Below the pieces are notes generated by a model, which did not search any database, was not told the origin of the DNA, and was given only the letters and a program-made list of their open reading frames with translations. From Alphaproteobacteria bacterium (GTDB lineage: Bacteria > Pseudomonadota > Alphaproteobacteria > UBA6615): a DNA stretch of 64,000 nt. Of this stretch, positions 10,425-20,013 are shown piece after piece. Position numbers and translations under genes: made by a program. The stretch covers positions 146,566 through 210,565 of the forward strand of contig JBFWVF010000001.1 of assembly GCA_050246875.1 (NCBI GenBank), written 5' to 3'. Position 1 is the first letter of the stretch. Every line of letters begins with the position of its first letter.

Positions 10425-11315
10425 TCAGGCGGGCGCCGGTGCCGCGCTCCCGGCGGCGAGCCGGCCGACGAACTGCCGGTAGGACGTGGCCGGGCGGCCG
10501 AGCAGCATCGACAGCGTCCGGCCGTTGCCGGCCGGGCAGCCGACGGCATCATAGTGGGCGAACATGCCGCGGATCTGGTCCAGCTCCTGGCGTGTCGCGC
10601 GGGCGAAGAACGGCATCGACGCTGCCCGCGCCAGATACTCGTCGATGTCGACCCGCACCGCCTCGACCTTCCGGCCCAGCGCCGCGCTCATCAGCGTCGC
10701 GATCTCGGCCCGCGTCAGGACCGAGTCGGTGCCGGCCAGTTCGTAGGTGGCGTAGTCGTCGCCGCTGCCGGTGAGCACGTTGGCCGCCGCCTCGGCGACG
10801 TCGTCGACGTCGACCCAGCTCAGCTTGACGTCGGTGCGGTACGGCAGTTCCCAGCGGCCGTGCTCGGCGATCAGCGGCCACGACCAGGTGACGTTCTGCA
10901 TGTAGTTGGTCGGGATCAGCACCGTATAGGGCATGCCCGACTGGTAGAGGAACAGCGCGGCCTTGAGCTTCGCCCAGTGGAAGCTGACATCCTCCAGGAA
11001 CGGCGCGATGGCGCCGTGCAGGACGAAGCGGCGCACGCCCGCCGCCTTCGCCGCGTCGATCACCGTGCGGTGCAGCGTCTCTTCGTCGGCGGCGAGCGAC
11101 GGGGCGATGTGGTAGACGCGGTCGACGCCGCGCAGCGCGCGCCGCAGGACCGCCACGTCCCGCATGTCGCCCTCCATCGCCTCCGCGCCGAGCGCAGACA
11201 GGCGCGACGCCGAGGCCGCGCTACGCGCCAGCCCCCGCACCGCCTCGCCGCGCGCGCGCAGCAGCTTCACGAGGCGCGTACCGGTCTGGCCACTGGCCCC
11301 GGTGATCAGGATCAT
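10425..11315 (-). CDS. NmrA-family NAD(P)-binding oxidoreductase
   Basis: Start at MILITGASGQTGTRLV (Rossmann GxxGxxG) inside track ORF 10425..11381. Confidence 0.75.
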   Translation of the reverse strand: MILITGASGQTGTRLVKLLRARGEAVRGLARSAASASRLSALGAEAMEGDMRDVAVLRRALRGVDRVYHIAPSLAADEETLHRTVIDAAKAAGVRRFVLHGAIAPFLEDVSFHWAKLKAALFLYQSGMPYTVLIPTNYMQNVTWSWPLIAEHGRWELPYRTDVKLSWVDVDDVAEAAANVLTGSGDDYATYELAGTDSVLTRAEIATLMSAALGRKVEAVRVDIDEYLARAASMPFFARATRQELDQIRGMFAHYDAVGCPAGNGRTLSMLLGRPATSYRQFVGRLAAGSAAPAPA

Positions 11316-11337
11316 GCCCGTTTCCCCCGCAGTGGCG

Positions 11338-12492
11338 TCACGCGACCGGTTCCAGACGCCAGAGTTCACCGTCGCTCGCATCGGTCAGGATGTAGACTAG
11401 GCCGTCCGGACCCTGCCGCACGTCGCGGATGCGGCCGACGTCCCCTTCCAGCAGCCGCTCCTCGCGCAACACGCGGTCGCCGTCGAGTTCAAGGCGAGCC
11501 AGCAGCCGGCCGACCAGCGCGCCGACGAACAGGCTGCCGCGCCAGCCGGGAAAGCGGTCGGCGGTGTAGAAGGCCATGCCCGACGGCGCGATCGACGGCA
11601 CCCAGTACCAGATCGGCTGCGCCATGCCGTCGCGCGCCGTCAGGCCCTCGCCGACCGCCGGGCCGTAGTATTCGCGGCCATAGGTGATGACGGGCCAGCC
11701 GTAGTTGACACCCGCGCGCACGATGTTCACCTCGTCGCCGCCGCGCGGGCCGTGTTCGTTCAGCCAGGGAATGCCGGTCGCCGGATGGGTCGCCATTCCC
11801 TGCGGGTTGCGATGCCCCCACGAGAAGATTTCCGGCCGCGCGCCGTCGCGGCCGACGAACGGGTTGTCCGCCGGCACGCGCCCGTCGTCGTGCAGGCGGA
11901 TCGTCTTGCCGTTGTGCGAGGCGAGATCCTGCGCCCGGTCGCGGTCGTTGCGCTCGCCGACCGCGACGAACAGGTAGCCGTCGCGGTCGAAGGCCAGCCG
12001 CGAGCCGAAATGGTTGCCGCCGCCGGCCGCCGGCGCCGCCGTGAACAGCACCTCGACGCGTGCCAGACGGTCGCCGTCGAGCACGGCGCGCACGACGCGC
12101 GTGTTGGCACCGCCCGGCACCGCCGCGGCGTAGCTCAGATAGATCGTGCGGTTGGTGGCGAAGTCCGGGTGCAGGCAGACGTCGAGCAGGCCGCCCTGCC
12201 CCGATGCCACGACATCCGGCACGCCGCCGACGGCGCCGCTCGCGGCCTCGCCGTCGGGCGACAGCAGGCGCAGGCGGCCGGGCCGCTCCGTGACCAGCAT
12301 GGTGCCGTCGGGCAGGAAGGCGAGCGACCATGGATGCGCCAGGCGGTCGGCCACGCGCACGGCGCGGAACGTCGCCCGCGCCGAGCGCACGGCGTCCTGC
12401 GCGGCGGCACGGCCGGCTGGCAGCGTGGCCGCGACGGCCATCGCCGCCGCGCCCTTCAGGATGGATCGTCGCCGGGGATGGTCGTGCCTCAT
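11338..12492 (-). CDS. PQQ-dependent sugar dehydrogenase (soluble glucose/sorbosone dehydrogenase family), Tat/Sec signal
   Basis: 384 aa C-terminal segment of track ORF 11338..14370 starting MRHDHPRRRSILKGAAAMAVAATL; beta-propeller sGDH motifs (PDGTMLVTER, GHRNPQG, GWP). Confidence 0.8.
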   Translation of the reverse strand: MRHDHPRRRSILKGAAAMAVAATLPAGRAAAQDAVRSARATFRAVRVADRLAHPWSLAFLPDGTMLVTERPGRLRLLSPDGEAASGAVGGVPDVVASGQGGLLDVCLHPDFATNRTIYLSYAAAVPGGANTRVVRAVLDGDRLARVEVLFTAAPAAGGGNHFGSRLAFDRDGYLFVAVGERNDRDRAQDLASHNGKTIRLHDDGRVPADNPFVGRDGARPEIFSWGHRNPQGMATHPATGIPWLNEHGPRGGDEVNIVRAGVNYGWPVITYGREYYGPAVGEGLTARDGMAQPIWYWVPSIAPSGMAFYTADRFPGWRGSLFVGALVGRLLARLELDGDRVLREERLLEGDVGRIRDVRQGPDGLVYILTDASDGELWRLEPVA

Positions 12493-12676
12493 GGCGTCTC
12501 CGCAATGCCAATGCCCCGCCTGCCCCGCCCCGACTATCGCAATCCGGCACCCTCGCCGCCAAGCCCGCTTCGGCATCCGCTCAGCGTCCCGCCGGGCCCG
12601 CGATGTCCGGGTTGCCGACGCGCCCGCGCCCCTCGCACCATGCGCCAGACATCGTCGCCAGGGGGAAGCGCGCATC

Positions 12677-12940
12677 ATGGATATCCTGTCATGGATCGTG
12701 GTCGGTCTGGTCGCCGGCCTGATCGCCAAGCTGGTGATGCCGGGCAACGACCCGGGCGGCATCATCATGACCGTGGTGATTGGCGTCGTCGGCGGCGTGA
12801 TCGGCGGCTTCGTCGGCTCCGCCCTCGGCTTCGGCGGCGTCGACGGCATCAACGTCGGTTCGATTGCGCTCGCCGTCGGCGGCGCTATCGTGCTGCTGCT
12901 GGCCTTCCGCGCGCTGCGCGCATCGCGCCGCTCCAGCTGA
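12677..12940 (+). CDS. GlsB/YeaQ/YmgE-family small membrane protein
   Basis: 87 aa MDILSWIVVGLVAGLIAKLVMPGNDPGGIIMTVVIGVVGG, typical glycine-zipper transglycosylase-associated family; start ATG at 12677 inside track ORF 12146..12940. Confidence 0.7.
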   Translation: MDILSWIVVGLVAGLIAKLVMPGNDPGGIIMTVVIGVVGGVIGGFVGSALGFGGVDGINVGSIALAVGGAIVLLLAFRALRASRRSS

Positions 12941-12953
12941 CGCGCCGGCGCGC

Positions 12954-14270
12954 TCACTCCTCGTGCAGGGCGCGGCCGAAGCTCGCCATGATCGGCCGCA
13001 CGAGGTAGTCGAGCGGCGTGCGCTTGCCGGTGACGATCAACACCTCGGCCGCCATGCCCGGCTGCAGCACGAGGTCGCGCAGCCCCGGCTGGCCCGGCGT
13101 CAGGACGACGCGCACGAGGTAGTACGGCACGCCCGAGCGCTCGTCGGTCAGCCGGTCGGCGGACACGTACGTCACCTTGCCGTCGAGCACGGGCGCGGTG
13201 CGCTGGGTGAAGGCGCTGATCCGCACCTGTGCCGGCAGGTCGAGCGTGACGACGTCGATGTCGTTCGGCTCCAGCCGCGCCTCGACGATCAGCTTGTCGT
13301 CGGCCGGCACGATGTCGAGCAGCGGCTGGCCCGCGGCGATGACGCCGCCGGTCGTCGCCACCTGCTGGCTGACGACGGTGCCGTCGACCGGCGCCAGCAC
13401 GACCGTCCGGCCGAGCACGTCGTTGGCCGCCGCCATCTTTTCGCTCAGGTCGGCCAGTTCGGACTGGGTGGTGCGAAGCTGCTCGACCACCTCGTTGAGG
13501 CGGTCGGTCGACACCTGCGTGATCTGCAGTTCGGCCTCGCCGATCGACTGGTGCGCCCGCGCGATACGCGCCTTGTTCTGTGCGCGTGCGCCGGTGATCT
13601 CCGCCTGCTGGCGTTGCAGGTCGAGCAGTCGCGGCCTGCGCTCGTAGCCGCGCGCCAGCAGCTGCTCGGTCGTCGCCAGTTCCTCGCCGACGAGGGAGAG
13701 CTGACGGTCCTGCGCGGCCATCTCCGCCTGCGTGCCAGTGATCTCCTCGCGCAACTGGGCGATACGCTGGCGCAGGATGTTGGTCTGATTGACTAGAGAC
13801 TCCGCGCGCGTGCGGAACAGGCGCTGCTGCGTCGACAGCAGCTTGTCGACCTCGGCGCTGCCGGCCGCGGCGAGCAACGGGCCAGGAAACGCGATCTCGG
13901 CGAGCCCGTCGAGCTCGGCTTCCAGCCGCGCCTCCAAGGCCAGCGCCGAGCGGTACTGACCGGTCACGAGGCCGAGCTGGGCGCGTGCCTGCGTGTCGTC
14001 GAGACGCACGAGCGGCTGGCCGGCCGTCACCGCATCGCCCTCGCGCACGAGGATGGCGGCGACGATGCCGCCCTCGAGATGCTGGATCGTCTTGCGCTTG
14101 GAATCGACGCTGACCACGCCGGGGGCGATGGCGGCGCTTTCCAGCGGCGCGAAGGCCGCCCAGCCGCCGAAGCCGCCAAAGAACACGGCAATCAGGACGA
14201 AGCCGCCGACCAGCGTCGTGGCGATGCCCATGCGCGCCGGTGCCGCGTCGGCCGTCGTCTGCGCCATCAT
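12954..14270 (-). CDS. Type I secretion periplasmic adaptor (HlyD family membrane fusion protein)
   Basis: 438 aa; N-terminal TM, long coiled coils, C-terminal beta-barrel segment; ATGA overlap with the upstream ABC gene. Confidence 0.85.
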   Translation of the reverse strand: MMAQTTADAAPARMGIATTLVGGFVLIAVFFGGFGGWAAFAPLESAAIAPGVVSVDSKRKTIQHLEGGIVAAILVREGDAVTAGQPLVRLDDTQARAQLGLVTGQYRSALALEARLEAELDGLAEIAFPGPLLAAAGSAEVDKLLSTQQRLFRTRAESLVNQTNILRQRIAQLREEITGTQAEMAAQDRQLSLVGEELATTEQLLARGYERRPRLLDLQRQQAEITGARAQNKARIARAHQSIGEAELQITQVSTDRLNEVVEQLRTTQSELADLSEKMAAANDVLGRTVVLAPVDGTVVSQQVATTGGVIAAGQPLLDIVPADDKLIVEARLEPNDIDVVTLDLPAQVRISAFTQRTAPVLDGKVTYVSADRLTDERSGVPYYLVRVVLTPGQPGLRDLVLQPGMAAEVLIVTGKRTPLDYLVRPIMASFGRALHEE

Positions 14271-16048
14271 GGGGCATTGCCCGGCTGGACCGGCGGCGGC
14301 GCGGCGCGCAGCGCGGCGGGCGGGCCGGACGGGCGCGCGCCAGCGCCGACGGCGGCGACCGGCAGGCCAAGCTTGGCGAGGATCTCGTCGCGCGGCCCGA
14401 AGGCTTCGACGGCGCCCGCGCGCAGCAGCAGGATCTTGTCCATCTGCGCCATCACGCCGGCGCGCTGGGCAATCAGCACGATGGTCGCGCCCGCCTTCTT
14501 GAGGCCGACGACAGCCTCGACCAGCGCCTGCTCGCCCGCCGCGTCGAGATGCGAGTTCGGCTCATCGAGTACGACCAGACGCGGATTGCCGAAGACGGCC
14601 CGGGCCAGCCCGATGCGCTGGCGCTGGCCGCCGGAAATCGGCACGCCGCCGTCGCCGATCGGCGTGTCGTAGCCCTGCGGCAGGCCGAGGATGAGATCGT
14701 GCGCGCCGGCGAGGCGGGCGGCCTCGACGACCGCGGCGTCTTCGGCCTCGCCCAGCCGGGCGATGTTGTCGCGCACACTGCCGGCGAACAGTTCGATCAT
14801 CTGCGGCAGGTAGCCGATATGGCGGCCACGGTCGGCGAGATCCCAGCCGGCGACATCGGCGCCGTCGAGGCGGACATGACCGGCGCTCGGCAGCAGGGAG
14901 CCCACGAGCAGGCGGACGAGTGTCGTCTTGCCCGCTGCCGAAGGCCCGATCAGGCCGAGTGCCTCACCCGGCGCGAGCGCGAACGAAACCTGCTTGAGGA
15001 TCGGCTCACGGACACCCTGCGGCGCGAAGCTGACGCGATCGACCTCGATGCGGCCTTCCGGCGCCGGCAGCGTCATCCGGCCGCCGAGCGGCGGCGCACG
15101 CTCGATCAGCCCGGCCAGCCGGCTATAGGCGGTGCGCGCGCCGACGAAAGAGCGCCATGCGGCGATGAGCTGTTCGACCGGCGCCAACGCGCGACCCATG
15201 ATGATCGAGGCGGCAATCATGGCGCCGCCGGTCATTTCGTGCGCGATGACGTAGTAGGCGCCGACGCCGAGTATCGCGACCTGCAGCAGCAGGCGGACGA
15301 ACTTGGCGGCGGACGTGACGATGCCGCCCATGTCGCTGGCGCGCGTCTGCAGCACCAGCGCCTTTTCGGCCCCGTCGCGCCAGCGCGCGACCAGCGCCGG
15401 CAGCATGCCCATGGCGGCGATGACATCGGCGTTGCGCACCGCCGCGTCGGCCTGGTTGAGCGCACGCGAGGCCGCGCCGCTGGCCTGCGATAGCGGCCGC
15501 CGCGTGGTGAACTCGTTGGCCAGCGCCAGCGCAAACAGGGCGACCGCGCCGGCCACCGAAACCCAGCCGAGCATCGGGTGGACGAGGAAGATGACGAACA
15601 GGAAGACCGGTACCCAGGGCGCGTCGAACAGCGGAAAGACGCCCTGCCCGCCGATATAGCCGCGCACGGTGGCGAGATCGCGCAGGCCCTGCGCCGAGGG
15701 AACGCCGTGGGAGCGGATCGTCTCGGCGACCGCGCCGGACAGCACGACCGGCGCCAGCCGCCGGTCGAGCCAGTTGGCGACCCGCGTCATCACCCGTCCG
15801 CGCAGCCCCTCCAGGGTCGCCAGCACGGCCAGCGAGGCGACGACCATGAGCGTCAGCAGGACCAGCGTGTCGATGTTGCCGGTGGCGATGACGCGGTCGT
15901 AGACCTGCATCATGTAGATCGGGCTGGCCAGCATCAGCGCGTTGATGCACAGGCTGAAGGCGCCGACGCCGATATAGGCGCGCCGGCAGGCGGCCATCGC
16001 CTCGTGCAGTTGCTGCTTGCCGTCCACGACGCGATCCCACCCCGCCAC
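14267..16048 (-). CDS. Type I secretion system permease/ATPase (PrtD/HasD/AprD type, no C39 peptidase domain)
   Basis: 593 aa; N-terminal 6-TM domain then Walker A GPSAAGKTT, signature ISGGQRQR, Walker B LVVLDEPNSHLD. Confidence 0.85.
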   Translation of the reverse strand: MAGWDRVVDGKQQLHEAMAACRRAYIGVGAFSLCINALMLASPIYMMQVYDRVIATGNIDTLVLLTLMVVASLAVLATLEGLRGRVMTRVANWLDRRLAPVVLSGAVAETIRSHGVPSAQGLRDLATVRGYIGGQGVFPLFDAPWVPVFLFVIFLVHPMLGWVSVAGAVALFALALANEFTTRRPLSQASGAASRALNQADAAVRNADVIAAMGMLPALVARWRDGAEKALVLQTRASDMGGIVTSAAKFVRLLLQVAILGVGAYYVIAHEMTGGAMIAASIIMGRALAPVEQLIAAWRSFVGARTAYSRLAGLIERAPPLGGRMTLPAPEGRIEVDRVSFAPQGVREPILKQVSFALAPGEALGLIGPSAAGKTTLVRLLVGSLLPSAGHVRLDGADVAGWDLADRGRHIGYLPQMIELFAGSVRDNIARLGEAEDAAVVEAARLAGAHDLILGLPQGYDTPIGDGGVPISGGQRQRIGLARAVFGNPRLVVLDEPNSHLDAAGEQALVEAVVGLKKAGATIVLIAQRAGVMAQMDKILLLRAGAVEAFGPRDEILAKLGLPVAAVGAGARPSGPPAALRAAPPPVQPGNAP

Positions 16049-16191
16049 GCCGGGTCCCGGCGCACCCCATGTTCTAGCGCAGCGCCGCCCCGACCGCCAT
16101 CGGGGCTACCCTTTGACCTGCGTCAAGGTGGTCCGGTCGGCATGGCCCGATGCTGCTTCGATCAGCCCCCGGCTGTGCAAGGAGGATTGCC

Positions 16192-16824
16192 ATGACCGCC
16201 CTGAGGGCGCCGGCCCGCGCGCCGCGCATCCAGTTCAGCCATTTCGGCATCAACGTCCGCGATCTCGCCCGGATGGAGGATTTCTACACCCGCGTCGTCG
16301 GCTTCAACGTCACGGACCGCGGCGGCGTGCCGGCGCTCGGCATCGAGCTGGTGTTCATGAGCATGGACCCGACCGAGCACCACCAGTTCGTCATCTGCAC
16401 CGCGCCCGAGGACGAGTTGGGCAAGAACAAGCGCAATGCCTTCTTCGGCGGCGCCATCAACCAGCTTTCCTTCCGCCTCGAATCGCTCGACGATTTGCGC
16501 ATCATGCGCAACCGCCTCGCCGCCGAGCTGGGCGAGGACAACCTGATGACCGGCACGCACGGCATCGCCTGGTCGTGCTACGCCCGCGATCCCGAGGGCA
16601 ACACGATGGAGTTCTTCGTCGACTCGCCGTGGTTCGTCGACCAGCCCTTCCTCGAGCCGATCGATCTCGCGAAGTCCGACGCCGAGATCGTGGCCGAAAC
16701 GGAGAAGCTGGTGCGCGACAAGCCCGGCTTCCGGCCCTACGACAAGTACCGGGCCGAGCTGTCGCGCATGATGAGCCGGCCGGTGGTCAGCCGGCCGTTC
16801 GGCCCGGCGGCGGGGCCGGCGTGA
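16192..16824 (+). CDS. VOC-family protein (glyoxalase / extradiol dioxygenase fold)
   Basis: Start ATG 16192 preceded by GGAGGA; IQFSHFGINVRDLARMEDFY...HHQFV typical VOC beta-alpha-beta-beta-beta modules. Confidence 0.7.
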   Translation: MTALRAPARAPRIQFSHFGINVRDLARMEDFYTRVVGFNVTDRGGVPALGIELVFMSMDPTEHHQFVICTAPEDELGKNKRNAFFGGAINQLSFRLESLDDLRIMRNRLAAELGEDNLMTGTHGIAWSCYARDPEGNTMEFFVDSPWFVDQPFLEPIDLAKSDAEIVAETEKLVRDKPGFRPYDKYRAELSRMMSRPVVSRPFGPAAGPA

Positions 16825-16825
16825 C

Positions 16826-17254
16826 CTAGGAGGTGATGTAGTCGCGCAGCGCCGCCGCCTCGGTCTCGGCGGCGTCGATGCGGGCCTTCACGAGGTCGCC
16901 GATCGACACGATGCCGACCAGCCGGCCGGCGTCGACCACCGGCAGGTGGCGGCAGCGCCGATCGGTCATCACCGACATCAGTTCGACCACGTCGTCGCCG
17001 GGCGCGCAGGTGATGACCTGTCGCGTCAGTGCGTCGTTGACGAAGCGTTCGAGCACGCCGACGCCGCGCAGCGCGACCTGGGTGACGATGTCGCGCTCCG
17101 ACAGGATGCCGTCGACGCGGGCACCGTCGTTGCTGACGACGAGGCAACCGATGCGGCAGGCGGCCATCTGCTCGCAGGCCTGGTGCAGCGTTGCCTCCGG
17201 TGCGATCGTTTCGACGATGGCGCCCTTGCGGCGCAGGATGTCGCGAACTTCCAT
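16826..17254 (-). CDS. CBS-domain pair protein
   Basis: Start at MEVRDILRRKG; two CBS repeats (VVDAGRLVGIVSIGDLV). Confidence 0.75.
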   Translation of the reverse strand: MEVRDILRRKGAIVETIAPEATLHQACEQMAACRIGCLVVSNDGARVDGILSERDIVTQVALRGVGVLERFVNDALTRQVITCAPGDDVVELMSVMTDRRCRHLPVVDAGRLVGIVSIGDLVKARIDAAETEAAALRDYITS

Positions 17255-17484
17255 CGCGGTTGCCTCCCTTGCAGGGGGAGGGCCCGTCGCGGCACGCGCG
17301 ACGGCGCACCTACCCGGGCGGGCAACGCTTGTGCGCCGGCACCGGTTCCCGGCCGGCGCCCGCGCACCGTGCATGCCTGTCGGCTGTTGCCCGCTGCGTC
17401 AGCCGGCAAGGCGGTGCGTCGGGCGAGGCCAGTATAGCACGGATCGTGGGCCGGCGCCCGCGCCGGGCGCCGGCCCGCCCGGGA

Positions 17485-18426
17485 TCAGCTCCAGGCGACG
17501 CAGGGGTTCTCCAGCGTGCCGACCCCGCCGATGGTGATCTTCACCCTGTCGCCGGGCTTGAGGTAGCGGCCCTTGTCGACGCCGGCGCCAACGCCGGGCG
17601 TCGTGCCGGTGGCGATGAGGTCGCCCGGCAGCACGGTGACGCGCGCCGAGATGAACTCGATCTGCTCTTCGATGTTGAAGATCATGTCGGAGGCGATGGC
17701 GTCCTGCTCGTGGCGCTCGTTGACCCACAGGTCGATCTTGCACTGGTAGGGATCGGGGATCTGCTTGGCCGGCACGATCCACGGGCCGTGCGGCGCCGAG
17801 GTGTCGAAGCTCTTCCAGACGAACCAGTCCGAGCCGAGCTTCGGCCAGTCCTCGCGCCGCCGGTCGCGGATCGACACGTCGTTGAACACCGTGTAGCCGG
17901 CGACGACCGAGCGCGCGTTCTTCGTCGTCAGCTTCGAGCCGCGCCGGCCGATGACGACGCCCAGCTCCGCCTCCCAGTCGATGGCCTGGCTGACATCGGG
18001 CGTCGGCAGGCGGATGGCGTCGCCGGGGCCGATCGTGCAGTGCACCGGCGCCTTGAGGAAGATGTACGGCTTCATCGCCGCCTTCTGCTCGGGCGTGATG
18101 CCGCCGACGCCCATCTCGACGCGGTGGCCGTGGTAGTTGGCGGCGGCGTTGTAGATGATGTTCGGGTAGAGCAGCGGCGGGCGCAGCTTCACGCCCGAGA
18201 GCGCGACCGACGCGACCTTGTCGCGTGACGCGGCATCGGCGATCTCCTCCAGCACCGGCTCGGCCGCGTCCCAGTTCTGCAGCATCGCCACGTTGGAGAC
18301 CGTCGAGAAGCCGACGCCGCGCCCCTTGCAGGCGGCGGCGAGGTCGACCACCCGTTCGCCCACGGCGATCCCCGGCAACGGCGCCCCGTCCAGCCCGGTG
18401 TAGGTGAGGATTCGGTAGTCGGCCAT
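17485..18426 (-). CDS. Fumarylacetoacetate hydrolase (FAH) family protein
   Basis: 313 aa; FAH-fold motifs DWEAELGVVIG, GDLIATGTPGVG. Confidence 0.85.
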   Translation of the reverse strand: MADYRILTYTGLDGAPLPGIAVGERVVDLAAACKGRGVGFSTVSNVAMLQNWDAAEPVLEEIADAASRDKVASVALSGVKLRPPLLYPNIIYNAAANYHGHRVEMGVGGITPEQKAAMKPYIFLKAPVHCTIGPGDAIRLPTPDVSQAIDWEAELGVVIGRRGSKLTTKNARSVVAGYTVFNDVSIRDRRREDWPKLGSDWFVWKSFDTSAPHGPWIVPAKQIPDPYQCKIDLWVNERHEQDAIASDMIFNIEEQIEFISARVTVLPGDLIATGTTPGVGAGVDKGRYLKPGDRVKITIGGVGTLENPCVAWS

Positions 18427-18625
18427 GCGTCTCTCCCTGAAACATCACGCCCATTGCGGGCGCGCTGGGGCCCGACGAGCTTACCGAAAAGCATGATCCG
18501 GTGGCTATCGCAGCCGAAACCAAACGGGGCCCCACTGTCATACCCCAACGCCGGTGAATGCAAATGTTTGAGGGTCAAGTGCAGGACATGGTAAAAGATT
18601 TAGATTCGGCTAGGAACACGGTAAA

Positions 18626-19837
18626 ATGGCAAATGACCTTATACTCGCGCCGTCGGTGGAGCTTATTCGGGCGTCCAATGTTCATGCCCTACTGGCCCGC
18701 GTCCGGCCCCAATGGCAGGCAAAAGCACTAATTGATCGCGTCCGACGATTACTCGATGTGGACCCGAGCAGTGCTTGTCAAAGACTCTTGAACGCCGCCA
18801 TCCATGACTTACGAGAAAAAATCATAATTGCAGGAATTGATATCGCAACTGAGGCAGCAAAACAATCCAAACTTCCTCCTATTACTAATTCTGAAGATAT
18901 AGAAAATTACTCGACGTTGAAGTTAATCGATCTAGCATATAGAATGGGCCTGCTTTCCCGTTCCGAATGGCGTCGGGTTTCACGTTGTTATGAGATACGC
19001 CGTGATCTCGAACATGAGGACGACGAATACGAAGCAGGCGTGGAAGATTGCGTGTATATATTCACGACATGTATAGAGGTAATTCTTTCAAAAGATCCAG
19101 TTCAACTGATCAAGGTTACCGATTTTAAAGGGCTGATTGAGCAGCCTTCCGCAGTCGTTCCTGATCGAGTTTTTCTTGAAGATTTTCGAAACGCGCCCCA
19201 GCCTCGCCAAGAAGAAATTCTAAAGTTCCTAGTTTCCCATGCACTAAACAAAGGTGTTGCTGATGTCGTTCAACAAAATGCCTATACTTGTATTACCTAC
19301 CTTCGACCAGTTACCCAAGCCGCAGTTTCCGCTAGAATAGGGGATCACCTTCAGAGTATAGCTGGTAGGAAAATTGATGCGCGTATGGCACGGGTAGCCC
19401 ATGCGGCCGGAGTGTTTCCCTATCTGCGGCAGTCAGCGCGGCTTGCGTTTTTCGAAGAATTCTTCGGCAACATGGAAAAAGTTGGCACACATTGGACCGC
19501 CCACGGTGATCATGGTGATCTTCTTCGTTCATTCATTGATTTTGGAGGCCTCGAGAACTGTCCGCGCGAAATTCGGGAGTCTATTTTGAAATGGCTTGTT
19601 CTTACTTATGTGGGCACCCCAGGAGGGCCCACAAGATACGGTAATGTGCGCCATGTTTTCTATAGCAATTCTGCGGCCCCGGTGATCAAAGAGATTATTT
19701 CCAAATCAGCTCGCAGTATCCGAGCTGATTTGGAAGCTCTGCGCGCTGACAAACATGTGAAAGAGGCCCTTTGTAACGACTATATTTCTCGCCGGTTCGA
19801 AACACTAATCGATCTCGTTGAGACTGAGGGAGCATAA
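18626..19837 (+). CDS. Hypothetical protein, low-GC, with HEPN-like Rx4H motif (R125-RDLE-H130); no recognisable family
   Basis: 403 aa; AT-rich codon usage (AAA, ATT, TTA, GAT) contrasting with the GC3-rich host; SRSEWRRVSRCYEIRRDLEHEDDEY in a helical N-terminal region; C-terminal about 250 aa unassignable. Confidence 0.5.
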   Translation: MANDLILAPSVELIRASNVHALLARVRPQWQAKALIDRVRRLLDVDPSSACQRLLNAAIHDLREKIIIAGIDIATEAAKQSKLPPITNSEDIENYSTLKLIDLAYRMGLLSRSEWRRVSRCYEIRRDLEHEDDEYEAGVEDCVYIFTTCIEVILSKDPVQLIKVTDFKGLIEQPSAVVPDRVFLEDFRNAPQPRQEEILKFLVSHALNKGVADVVQQNAYTCITYLRPVTQAAVSARIGDHLQSIAGRKIDARMARVAHAAGVFPYLRQSARLAFFEEFFGNMEKVGTHWTAHGDHGDLLRSFIDFGGLENCPREIRESILKWLVLTYVGTPGGPTRYGNVRHVFYSNSAAPVIKEIISKSARSIRADLEALRADKHVKEALCNDYISRRFETLIDLVETEGA

Positions 19838-19873
19838 GGAGAAGATCAAATTGCAGATACCAAATTCTGGCAT

Positions 19874-19959
19874 TGGTGGCCCCTCCGGGACTCGAACCCG
19901 GACCGCCGAAAGCGTGCGGATTTTAAGTCCGCTGCGTCTACCAGTTCCGCCAAGGGGCC
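19874..19959 (-). tRNA. tRNA-Leu (anticodon UAA), type II with long variable arm, encoded CCA
   Basis: Reverse complement GGCCCCTTGGCGGAACTGGTAGACGCAGCGGACTTAAAATCCGCACGCTTTCGGCGGTCCGGGTTCGAGTCCCGGAGGGGCCACCA folds as a cloverleaf: acceptor GGCCCCT/AGGGGCC, anticodon loop CTTAAAA, T-arm CCGGG-TTCGAGT-CCCGG. Confidence 0.85.
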
Positions 19960-20013
19960 GCTCCAATAAAGTACTCTAAATACGCCACCTCATGTTTACC
20001 TACGCAATGTCAG
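19960..20013 (-). promoter_or_regulatory. Putative sigma70-type promoter for tRNA-Leu (TTGCGT, about 18-19 nt spacer, TATTTA), leader processed by RNase P
   Basis: Upstream sequence on the minus strand: ACTGACATTGCGTAGGTAAACATGAGGTGGCGTATTTAGAGTACTTTATTGGAGC. Confidence 0.2.

Noticed and set aside
11338-14370. 1010-aa track ORF on the minus strand
   Set aside because: Only its C-terminal 384 aa (PQQ sugar dehydrogenase) are real; the remainder is an open alternative frame running antisense to the GlsB gene and overlapping HlyD
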